A program made the position numbers and the translations under genes. The notes beneath the pieces were generated by a model. It did not search any database. It saw only the letters and a program-made list of their open reading frames with translations, and was not told the origin of the DNA. A stretch of 64,000 nt of DNA from Tricharina praecox (Eukaryota): positions 806,001 through 870,000 of the forward strand of contig NW_026250415.1 of NCBI RefSeq assembly GCF_024521635.1, in the 5' to 3' direction. Below, one piece after another: positions 26,325 through 37,426 of this stretch (its first letter is position 1; every line of letters starts with the position of its first letter).

Positions 26325-27743
26325 ATGGCCATGACGGCCTCCTCACTCCTCCGACGCCGCCTCTTCTCTACCACCGCAACCCCGCGCGCAAACGACTTTA
26401 CGCACTGCGTACCCGCCCCTCCCCTCCTCCCCTCCCGCCACCTTCTAACCAGCGTAGATAATCGGCGGCGGTATAATCGGCCTCTCTATCGCACGCCAGC
26501 TCGCGCTCACGCACCCGTCCTCCTCGACCCTCCTTCTGGAGCGCCACCCCTCAGTAGGCACGGAAACCTCCAGCCGCAACTCCGAGGTGATCCACGCAGG
26601 GCTATACTACCCTCCCCTCTCCCTCAAGACGCGCCTCTGCATCCGCGGCTCCTCGCTCCTCTACGCGTACTGCGAAACCCACCACGTCCCTCACAAACGC
26701 ACGGGGAAATGGTTACTCGCCCAGAACGCGGCCGAGCTGGAGGCGCTGCAGAGGCTACATGAGCACGCGGAGGGGGTGGGCGTGCGGATGAGGTGGGTGG
26801 GGAGGGAGGAGGTAAAGAGGAGGCAGCCGGGAGTGAGCGCCCTGGCGGGCGTGCTGGAGAGTGTAAACACCGGGATCGTGGATTCGCATCAATTAATGCA
26901 GAGTCTGAGGGGCGGGATCGAGGAGGCGGGAGGCGATGTGGTCGTGGGCGCGGAGGTGGTGGGCGTAAAGGCGAGGGAGGGCAGGGAGGGGGAGGGGGAG
27001 GGGGGGTATGAGCTCACTGTGGCCACGCGGGGGGAGGGCGGCGGGGAGGGTGGGGGGGAGGAGACAACGATCACGGCGGACACGGTGGTTAACGCCGCCG
27101 GCCTGGGTGCGGTGGCCGTGGGCAATCTCCTGCTGCCCCCCAGTCGTCACAGGCGCGCATACTTCTGCAAGGGGACTTACTACGTCCCCACCTCCTCCCC
27201 CGCCCCCTCCCCCTCCCCTGTCCCCGCGCCGGCAGTTACAACCCTCCTCTACCCCGCACCCATCCCGGGGCACGCGGGGTTAGGCACGCACCTTACCCTC
27301 GACCTCTCGGGCGCGATCCGCTTCGGGCCGGACGTTGAGTGGGTTTCCAGCCCCGAGGACCTAACGGCAACGGACCGCGGGATGGCGGCGGCCAGGGCCG
27401 AGATTGCACGGTACCTTCCCGGCGTGGGGGAGCTGCGGCCGGATTATGCCGGTATCAGGCCGAAGCTGCACCCCCAGGGCGGAGGGGGAGGGGGAGGAGG
27501 GGGGGTGGCGGGGACGGATTTTTGGATCAAGGAGGAGGACGGGTTTAAAGGGTGGGTTAATCTGCTAGGGATTGAGAGTCCTGGTATGTTTTCTTCCTTC
27601 TCCACGGCGGGTGAGTGTTGGTGATACGGGTGAGGGTGGCTGATGCTTGACGGATAGGATTGACGAGCTCTCTGGCCATTGCGGAGTATGTGGAGAGAAT
27701 CTTGTATGGCAAGGGAGGAGCGGACGCTTCGTTGGTGGGATAA
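26325..27743 (+). CDS. L-2-hydroxyglutarate dehydrogenase (mitochondrial FAD oxidoreductase)
   Basis: Presequence; spliced HC-IIGGGIIG, GTETSSRNSEVIHAGLYY, GLGTHLTLD, FGPDVEW, YAGIRPKL, NLLGIESPG-LTSSLAIAE; introns at about 26409-26457 and 27585-27656. Confidence 0.93.
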
Positions 27744-27984
27744 TACCGGATTGCTTCTCCCACGGTTCTTCACTTGGAACCAATGTCTCGTTTCCTACGC
27801 TGTAGTCATAAAACAAATATTACTTTTGTCAATCGATTTACAAATAGCTCGTCCGAGCCAATACAAGTGCCCAGCGCGGTAAATATGTACGCCCCGATCT
27901 CCATCATTCCACATCCATCACAGTCCCTCCATCGCCACCACATCATAACACATGATACTTTTCTTTTTCGTCGTCCATCGTTCA

Positions 27985-29021
27985 TCAAAGCGCGCTTCCC
28001 TCACGGCCACCCCTAACACTCGCAAGCTCCCAATCCCTGCGTGCCTTCGCATTGCCCGCATCCTCGATAGGATCATCAATGGGCTCGTCCCTGTAGGTAT
28101 TCTCACCGCCGACATGGGCACGCTGCCTCCTCGCATCCCTCCCAGTGTATCCCTTCTTCTTGAAGTGCCTCCTGCCACCGCCGATGGCAATAGGTCCGAT
28201 CTGCCGTCGGTTGCGCATGCAGAAGTGGGTACCACAAACACTCAGCAGGATCAGGCCTACGACCAGCGGCAGCCCCACCGCAAGCCCCAGCAGCGACGGC
28301 GGCGGCCGGTTGTTCGGCGACGTGTCGATTGGTACTGCCTCTGGGTTCGAGGTCACGACAAAGACGGGACCGTAGTGAGGACCTCGCGCCCCCGACGTGC
28401 TCGCGTGGTCGTTGCTCACGATGAAATACACTTCTTGCTCGTCGACGTACTCGGTCAGGCCCGCGTCCTTCAGCGTTTGGTTCAGGAGCCAGTCTTTCTC
28501 CGGGTGCTGTCACGTAGCTTCGTTAGCCAAAGTTTATGTGGATCAGTAGACGGGGGGAGGGGGGAGGGGGGGAGACAAACGATGCTATAAAACCCCAGCG
28601 CGTTAGAAATGGTCCACTCCTTGACGACAGGTCCCGCCCCGCCCTTAGTCTTGTAGTTCAGCGTGAGGTACACGGTCGAGTTCATGTCCCACTCGTCGTT
28701 GTCCCACGTGACGTAGTAGTTCCCGTCGGTGCGCCAGATATCGTGCGTCGCCGGTGCACAGAACGGGAATGCAACTATCCCGTCTTGTCGGCACCGCGTC
28801 GCTGGGTCGTCGTCTGGGTCCGCGATGGAGGACGACGACGCGGAGATGCTCGATGAGGTCGAGGTGGAGGTGCCCGTGCTGCTGCTGGTGCCGGTGGTGG
28901 TCGTAACGGCGGTGCTGGTGGCCTCGGAGGAGGCGGACGAGGCCGCGGCCGATGAGTCTTGCGCGAAGACCGACGACGCGAACAGTAGTGCCGCGGCGGG
29001 CAGGAGATGGAGGAAACGCAT
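27985..29021 (-). CDS. Type I membrane glycoprotein, probably Psg1/Ykl077w-like
   Basis: Signal peptide MRFLHLLPAAALLFASSVFA, S/T-rich stalk, PFCAP..YYVTWD domain, TM LAVGLPLVVGLILLSVCG, basic tail; intron 28580-28507. Confidence 0.7.
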
Positions 29022-29814
29022 CGTGTCGAGTCGGGTCGTGTCGAGTCGGGTCGTGTCGAGTCGGGTCGTGTCGCGTAGGGTAGTGGGAATGGGGGGGAGA
29101 TGTCGCTCACGGCGGTGCAGTGTATGTATCTGAAGGAGAGAAGGGAAAAACGGGGGGGGGGGGGGGGGGGGGGGGTGGATGAGGGATTTGGATTTGACTT
29201 CCTGGAATTTGGCCACTGTGTATGTAACAACAATGGCGGTGGTGGTGGTGGTGGCCGGCTCCCTCGGAACACAGACATCCCTTCCTTTCCTGGGGATGGT
29301 CCTCACTGCTGCTGCTCACTGCTCACTGCATCCGCGCCGTCCGTTTCAGGGTCGCACGGGCTCTGATGGCTGATCTATCCATCCATTCATGCGGGAGTGA
29401 TAGGTACCCAAGTGCCCATCCATACTCCACAGACATACCAGCCCCCCGGCTTTCAGGCAATGATGCTTACTCACTCACACAGCACAGCACTCTGTGTCGT
29501 AGAGGTACTCTGTGTCGTAGAGGTACCCTGGGTACTATATCGCCTTGAGTTCGCCGTCTTTGCCGGAACTGTAGGTTTCCATCTCTCGCTGACATCATCC
29601 ACGAGTTCTCCGTAGATGGCCAAAGTTCAAACTCGGAGGGCACATTCCATTCCTTCGACATTTCATTCCACATATCGTTCTGCTTCGAAGTTCAGAACTG
29701 CTCGTATCCCCCCCTAGTTCCTGACAGCTCTAGCAACTAGTTCCACAGGCCAAGCCTTTAGGCTTTAGCATGAACTGGGCAGTGGGCGTCGCCTAAATTG
29801 ACGTTGTCGAGGGC

Positions 29815-30886
29815 ACTAGGTGCACTAGCCGGAAGTGCTAGTTAGTATAAGCTCAGGAGGAGGAGAAGGCGGACCGTGGAGGAGGAGGCTGGGGCTTGGA
29901 AGTTGCGGGCTTGGAAGGTGGGCTGGAACTTGAAGTCTTGGAAGCGGTAAAACGTTCTTCCCTGCGTTGCAGCGTTGAGTCTGAATACGAGTGTACCGAC
30001 AGTGAAATCAGGCGGATAATTTCCTTACACGAGCTCTTATGTAGGACGGAACACGGATGGTCTTGTCTGATTAGTTTGATTGACTCCAGCCGAGAGACGA
30101 GCATGTGTGGACACTGGACAGACGGGGGCTGGGTGTGGCTTGTACGAGTAGTGAGCCATTGCACTAGCCACTACTCGTAGTTGTCATGGTGGGTGAGTTA
30201 TCGTGTCCGGGAGTCGGCGACGGTCTCCTGTGTAACGCCGTCACCGGTAGCAATAGGATTAGTGGCCAACACTGGCCGAACGCCTCGCTACCTGGGGGAA
30301 ATGCTCGTGGTGGTGGTGTTGGTATAGGAAGTGAACGAGGCCGGATGACGGTGGGAGTCAAAGTGGCATGGCACAACGAGGTCGCATAGGGTGAATGAGT
30401 AGTGTTTTGTGCAGGTTTTTGAGAGTCAAGTTCCCATTGATTCTGGCGCCTATATGTACGCAGGATTACCCTCCACTCCGCTCTTCCAAGCCCGCTCTCC
30501 CAAGCCCGAGTTTCCAAGCCGGCCACTCTCATGTATTTACAAGCACGCCCAATCTTTCCATGCGAAGTTCCCTCTGACTGCAACCGCGCCGGCCCAGAGG
30601 AAACGGCACTGTCAATGAATGGGTTCGCCGGATGGAGAGCAACCAATTGCTCCAAGAGTCAAGACCGTCTTTTCAGTGCGCTCTTCCAAGCGCATGCCCG
30701 CTCCTCGCAACCATAATCCTTCCAAGCCCATACTTCCAAGAAACCCGCTGCCTTCCAAGCCCACGCTTCCAAAAAAACCTGCTCGACTTCCAAATTCCGA
30801 GAAATCTGCCGCCTTCCAAGCTGTCCACCTACTAGTAGGTGAGCACGAACACCCAAAACAAACGACCAGATCCTAGTGTACCTAGT
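29815..30886. mobile_element. Possible degenerate non-autonomous TIR element
   Basis: 14-bp inverted repeat actaggtgcactag (29815-29828) / ctagtgtacctagt (30873-30886) with 1 mismatch; cttggaag copies near the left end are mirrored by many cttccaag copies at 30483-30820. Confidence 0.4.
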
Positions 30887-30894
30887 CCAACTAT

Positions 30895-32355
30895 CAGTGC
30901 CTCCGATCTGCCGTCCGGACTGGACGGACCGCATCAGTCCAGTCCAGTCCCGTCCCGTCTACAAAATGAGAAGACGGTTTGAACTTTGAATTCAGTCCGT
31001 CCACAAAAACTGCCGCCTCGGACTGCTCGACTGTCAGTCTGCGACTTCTGAAATTGTTGGGTCGACCTACCTGTGTAAATGTCCGGCATGCATACGTGAT
31101 CGCCATCTCTCTGCATGCATTCCGAAGTAAAATTTGAATACTTTTGGGGGCGGTGGGGTGCGAAGCTTGGATGGATTGCTTCGGCTGAGGAGACTATGGT
31201 GCAGGTTTGGAAGCCTGGGAGGACGAATACATTGGCTTCAGCCTTCAGCCTTCGGGGCTTTGCAACGTCAAGGGGAAGTTTATTTGATGACGATAGAGTA
31301 GGTAGGTAGATGCACCGTTTACCGTGAATATAAAGAGCAGATGGATCATGGGACCGCAAGCTCCGTACACTAGGTACAACGTGTTGAGCATCGAGATAGG
31401 TATGATGGAGGTTTTCCAGCAGGCCAAACCGCCTTCCTGCGATTAATTCCATTGATAATGTGGCCCAGTATGTACTGGGCGAAGGCATCACATGAACTTG
31501 GCTGGAAAGATCTCGCCAGAATGGCCCTCGGGTATTTGTGCATTCCCGCCATATATGAGCGCAGAGCCGGAATGAAATGATCTTGTAAGTAGCTGATACA
31601 AAGGGCGTTGTCAAGGTGATAGAGACTACCTACCTATACTCAATGCACTGTACTGCGAGGAGGATTTGCAATAGCTGTACATACTACCTATAGAGTGTAA
31701 AAAAAGTTCATTACTGATCTCAAACATTTTCATTCAAAGTCCCAGTCCATCCAGTCGACTGCAGTCCATCCAGTCGACGGCAGTCCATCCAGTCCATCCA
31801 GTCGACGGCAGTCCATCCAGTCCATCCAGTCGACTACAGTCCATCCAGTCCATCCAGTCGACGGCAGTCCATCCAGTCCATCCAGTCGACGGCAGTCCAT
31901 CCAGTCCATCCAGTCGACTACAGTCCATCCAGTCCATCCAGTCGACGGCAGTCCATCCAGTCCATCCAGTCGACTACAGTCCATCCAGTCCATCCAGTCG
32001 ACGGCAGTCCATCCAGTCCATCCAGTCGACTACAGTCCATCCAGTCCATCCAGTCGACGGCAGTCCATCCAGTCCATCCAGTCGACGGCAGTCCATCCAG
32101 TCCATCCAGTCGACTACAGTCCATCCAGTCCATCCAGTCGACGGCAGTCCATCCAGTCCATCCAGTCGACGGCAGTCCATCCAGTCCATCCAGTCGACTA
32201 CAGTCCATCCAGTCCATCCAGTCGACTGCAGTCCGTCCAGCCCCATCAGTTGTGCAGACTGCTCAGTCTAGTCCACGCCTCCAGCCGGACTGAACCTCTC
32301 AGTCCAGTCCGACTTTTGCCGAAAGACGGACTGGACTGGACTATCGGAGGCACTG
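30895..32355. mobile_element. Non-autonomous hAT-like DNA transposon
   Basis: Perfect 13-bp TIR cagtgcctccgat / atcggaggcactg; 8-bp flanks ccaactat (30887-30894) and ccaactac (32356-32363); subterminal cagtc/gactg motifs at both ends; no transposase ORF. Confidence 0.85.
31742..32240. repeat. 28-bp minisatellite (cagtcgacNNcagtccatccagtccatc), about 18 units
   Basis: 18 GTCGAC cores counted by eye, mostly at 28-bp spacing; the two variable bases are GG, TA or TG. Confidence 0.97.
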
Positions 32356-35256
32356 CCAACTACATACCTACCTATACCTCAGCTCTCTGAGCATGAGACT
32401 TCATACACAAAGTCTGACCTTTCCACCGGACGGGTCACGGGATTGGAAGGTAGGTACAGGAGTCCCCAGACCTGTGTGAACACTGCTCTGGCTGCCGTGA
32501 TGGTTCCCGCATTTTCTATATTCTGTATTCTGCCGTAGGTATGTAGGGCTAAGTGTATGTAAATACTGGTTACCACTATGGAGTGATTACAGCTGCGGAC
32601 TAGGAATAAGAAATCCTGCCTCAAAAAGAGCGAACTTTGCAGAACCGGTATCTATGTCGGGCTCCAGCTCTGGGCTGATCACCTTGCGCCCCGGATCATT
32701 ATATATGGCTCGGATGTCAACTTTAGTCCCCAGGTTCCCTGACTTGTCGACCGGAGCTTTGCCCCTTTGCTTTGGAGTACATAGGTGGCTTGCGGAAGTA
32801 CACATAGAATACGGCACTTGGGTACTCACTAGGTACTAATAGTCAGGATGTCTCCCCGAAATCGGCGGGGATCTTGGCTGAACGTAAGAGTCCATAGCAC
32901 AACGCGCACTGTGAGTACTTCTGTAAAGTAGAACTGGACACGCATACTTCCAGTGCCTTTTTTGAGGGAGAGGAATCGCAACTTGCGAGCTCTAATGTAC
33001 CATACTCCACAACCACCGGAGCTCACCTCCCCTCTCCACCCACCCAAATCCCACTTAACCGATCCCTGACGTCGATCTCCCGCGGCCGACTAGGATCACG
33101 GGTTAACAACTTATCCTGAATCCTCCAGCGTCAGTTCCTGAAATCTAGACTTTCATAGTTTGCACTTGCAAGGGCAGTTTCGATATGCCAACCTATCATA
33201 TTCGACGGAGGCCTGTGTATCAGGTATTCTTATCTTCCAATATGTATTGTACCTGCTTCCACTACCACCTATCGTGCAGCGTGTGGCGTTGCTATGTACC
33301 TACATACCTAGCTCATTGTCGCTGTCTGGATTCCTCCGTGTACAATACATACTAGTGCATACCGGCAATCCTCGTCGTTCCGTCCGTACACATCCGTGAT
33401 GGTGCGGTCCTTGTGATGTGATGGCGGAGAATCTATTCTGTCCTGTCCGCATTGTAAAGGCCCGGCCCGTTTGGACGTCCGGGCGATGTGCTGCAGTCAG
33501 TCAAGCTAGGGGGTTCCTGAGCGGTGGCTTCTCAGTATCCATTCTCGGTGCCACAGCGAGCAACGGCGTTCCGTGCCTGTGTCCATCGGAGTTCCTTTGT
33601 CATGCTAGGTAGTATGCATACATATAAAAGGGGGGGGTTTGGAAGATCGTCGCGATTTCGCCAAAACGACAACGACAATTGTAGTCGAAAGCAAAATAGT
33701 CCAGAATCCGTTTCCCCAGATAACCATCTTCCAAAACGCTCGCTTGGAGTATCTAGCGTTCGTCGCGTCTGCATGGAAGGATGCCCGCAGAACGTGCTTA
33801 ACAGCGTCCGAGCACGGCGGAAATTGGTTTTTCGCGGCTTCTTCCGTAGCGTTCCCATTCAAACGTTCACCACTGATGTGGCTGTGGTCAAGCGAAACTA
33901 TTATTGACCGTTCTCTATGTATGTACGCGGATCATTGAGGCCGAGTTCTCCACGCAATAAAGATCTTCCGGCTCGGCGTTGTGCCTGCTGGGTGGCAGTG
34001 TTGGGGAACGAGCACCGGAACGCAGGCTCGATCGACGGTGAACACACTAGAGTCCCTAGTGTCGAGGGATTCGGCGATTCCGCGCAATCCAAACTGCCAG
34101 CTGGGAGACCAAGGATAGGTGCCTAATGTAAGCTTTGGAGGACCCTGCGCCGGCCGATTCGGATAAATATTCAGCTAAAGGGGCCGGAAACGTTGCTGGT
34201 CTGGCCCGGGGATGCGGAGTGGTAAGCGCTGCCGATCGATATCCCGAGTGAATCCGTTTTGTATGGCTTCTTGATGGTGTCTCCCTCTCGTTGACGATGC
34301 TCTCGAAATCCTTGAAAGCTCTTGCTTCAGCGGACAGACAGAGCAAGATGCATTGATCCCCCAAGGTACCCCACGCTGCCCCTGTGCCTTCAATGGTGGG
34401 ATTATACGCTTCCGTTGGAGCTTCTCTCTGCGCCTGTTTCAAGGAGTGGACACGGACTCCGAGACGCAGCCAAGCGGCAATTGCATGCCACCAAACCGCG
34501 ATGCGGCTTTGGTGTTCTTCGGTCAACTGGCTGTGGGGTTCATTAGCCGGTGAAGAGTCTTCGAGCGGAGGCGATACATAGAGTACATACCAGCCGAAGG
34601 CTCCAACGGCGCCATGGTCCCTATGTATTTCCCGTCTTCGAGGTGATCACCGGTTATCCATGGCGAAGGGTCCCGATGGATGCTTTCGATCTCTAGCTTT
34701 TCGGCTTCAAAACGACGACTCACGCGGTCCACCTCGGAAGCTCGAGCTGGAAAAACGTACTTGCGTATCGTGTGCGATCTCACCGTCACATAAAAACAAC
34801 AATCGGCAACTTGGAGTTGCAATGCAACCCTGAGCCCGAGGCGTCACCCACACCATGTGGCTTGGCTCGGCTGTTGCTTGTCGTAAACTGGCGACCCCCT
34901 GGCAGACCTCAAACGAATGGAGTGATTTAAGCACAGCTGCACGAAAAGGCAGCCTGTCCGTACGTCCTAGCTTGAAAAGGGAACATCTTCACTTCACTTC
35001 TATTTTCCCGTCATCTTCCCTCCCTTCTCTCCGGTTCTCTGCTGCCCCTCCATTCCTTTCGTTCTTGCTCTACAGTACTTTGCTTCAGCTTCTCCGCTCT
35101 TCTTCTTTGTTCGTCTCCTGAACTAGGGAGCCCTGGATACCCCTTCTCTAACCCCTCCATCGTAGCATTGCGCTCCACCAGCCCAACCCAACCGCGGCAA
35201 CTCCCCACCACGACCAACCTCCACGACCAACCGACCCTCCGCAAACATCCTCCGCA

Positions 35257-36264
35257 ATGCTCGCCCCACCACAACCTAACGACATCTCGCGGCCGCCGTC
35301 GCCGCCGTCCCACCACCCCACGAATGCCTACACCACGGGCCTTCCGGCGCCACCACGAATCCTAATCCCCCCGCCGTCATTGAACCCCAGCGACAGCAAC
35401 GGCCTTCCAGAATGGCAGCAGCCCACGCTGCAGAGCATGATCCTGCAATGCGACCCGATCCTGCAGGGCCCCGCACAGGACTGGCGGTACGAGTTCCGGC
35501 GCGAAGCGCAGCAGCTCCTGCCGCACCTCTTCCTGGGGCCTCTGTCAGCCACCAAGAACCAAGACTTCCTGCGCAGCAAAAACATCACGCTCCTGCTCGC
35601 GGTGCGCTCCAACATGACGGCGCGCGCCCGCCTGCTGTCCTCGCAGCTCGCCGGCGTTAGATACGAAAGCATCGACGTGGGCTCCAACCAGGAGCTGATC
35701 TCGCAGTTTCAGCGCGCGGGCCACATCATCGACGAGCACTACATCTCTGCGCTCCCCGCTGGGGTCGCCGCGGCAGCGGGCCTTACCATCCCGCTCGACG
35801 GCCGGAGACTCCGCGGCTTCCAGGAGGCGTTCATGGCCGCGAACCACACGCAGCAGCCGCCCGGCGGAAGAACACTCCTGTTCTGCGAGAGCGGCAATGA
35901 ACGCAGCGCTATTGTCGCCGCAGCCTATGTCATGCAGCATTTAAGAGGATCTACCATTCAGGCTATACAACTCGTCCAGGCGAAACGCTTCTGTGTTTGC
36001 TTCGACGATAGCATGAAGTGGATGCTCTCTAACTACGAGCCGATCCTGATTGCGAGACGCATGCAGCAAGGAGCGGTACAGCAGCAGAATGATGGTGGAG
36101 GTGGTAGTGGTGGTGGCGGCGGTGGTGGTGCGGCGGTGGTTGTGGGCGGAAGTGGGAAGGGAAAGAGACGATTCGATGAGGACGACGGTGACGAGGAGTG
36201 GAATGGCGGTGGCAGAGCCCCATTTCTGGACCAGTATGAATCCGAGGATTTAGATATGTCTTGA
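35257..36264 (+). CDS. Dual-specificity phosphatase-like protein (STYX-like)
   Basis: WRYEFRREAQQLLPHLFLGP, NITLLLAVR, LLFCESGNERSA (CX5R), AAAYVM, AIQLVQAKRFCV; intronless, 335 aa. Confidence 0.88.
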   Translation: MLAPPQPNDISRPPSPPSHHPTNAYTTGLPAPPRILIPPPSLNPSDSNGLPEWQQPTLQSMILQCDPILQGPAQDWRYEFRREAQQLLPHLFLGPLSATKNQDFLRSKNITLLLAVRSNMTARARLLSSQLAGVRYESIDVGSNQELISQFQRAGHIIDEHYISALPAGVAAAAGLTIPLDGRRLRGFQEAFMAANHTQQPPGGRTLLFCESGNERSAIVAAAYVMQHLRGSTIQAIQLVQAKRFCVCFDDSMKWMLSNYEPILIARRMQQGAVQQQNDGGGGSGGGGGGGAAVVVGGSGKGKRRFDEDDGDEEWNGGGRAPFLDQYESEDLDMS

Positions 36265-36496
36265 GGTGGGGGTTTGTGAGAAGGGGCATTTGACGTCGGT
36301 TTGCCTGCCTGCCCCGATGATTCTGCACGCCTACGCTACCTAACCCAAGTACTCTACCTACCGATCACCGATTTCACCTGCGTAAAACTCTCTTACTTTT
36401 TTACTCCCACTCAACAGGATTCCCCGGGTAGCGTGTCGTTTTAGCTACACGGCTCACTTGCTTGCTTGCTTGACCTTGTTGCGTTTGCTTCTTTGC

Positions 36497-36582
36497 GTGT
36501 GTGCTGTGTGCTGTGTGCTGTGTGCTGTGTGCTGTGTGCTGTGTGCTGTGTGCTGTGTGCTGTGTGCTGTGTGCTGTGTGCT
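36497..36582. repeat. (TGTGCTG)n heptamer microsatellite
   Basis: About 11-12 consecutive copies, in the probable 3' UTR of the phosphatase gene. Confidence 0.95.
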
Positions 36583-37426
36583 TGACGTCCGTGGCAGCGG
36601 ATAGATTTCTGCGGGAGCCATCAGGGGAGAGGAAGTTGGTGGAACCATGGCATTAGGATACCGGTTATTTCTACATATTCCGCCGAAGGCTTGCTTGCTT
36701 AGCATAGTTAGCCTTGGGGTTTTGGGCGTTACTCATTTTCATTTTCTTTTCTTTTCGTCTCTTGGTCTGTTATGTACTGTACTTGCGGGATTGCGGGAGA
36801 GAGAGCGTATGTACTGGTGCCTTCTTCTTCTTCTTCTTCGATGGCATGGTGGATAGCATGGTTGATAGCATGGTTGATAGCATGGTTGTATTCCTACCTT
36901 ACTCTACTTACTCTCTCTACTTACTCTACTTACTCACTGTAACCTCGGCTGCGTTTCTGCTTTCATCTTGGCTGGCTGGCTTGCTGGCTGGCTGGCTTTT
37001 CTTGGGGGTTTTTGTTTTTGTTTTTGTTTTCGGCTCTTTTCGTAACTTCTATGCCATACCATACCGTAATGACTGTAATCAACCTTTTTATGAACTGGAC
37101 TGTTTGTTGCTTCACTTAAATTGTACTCCTAATGAAGGGCGTTTGTTTTTCCTTCGTCTTCCTTGGTTTGCTTTCCTTCCCGCTCTGTTTTCATCGCGGC
37201 GGCTGGAATTTGGGATTTGAGATTGCATAAAGGCATGGACTTTGGAGCGGAAAGGCTGGACATCACAGCAGGAGTTTTGTATAACTAGACCCATGATAGG
37301 CTGCGGACACCATTTTGAACGAGAAATAGACAGATAGGGTATATGATCAAATTGGAAAGGCAGGGTGGTCTTCTCCTCTCTCTAAACTCTTACACCCGTC
37401 CCAGAAGTCCCAGCAGTCCCAGAATT

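Noticed and set aside
30934..31614. 226-aa ORF inside the hAT-like element as a transposase
   Set aside because: Non-ATG start, and no BED finger, DDE or hAT dimerisation motif recognisable.
31730..32246. CRISPR-like array or MDWMD repeat protein
   Set aside because: No unique spacers, no cas genes, eukaryotic context; the ORFs are translations of the minisatellite.
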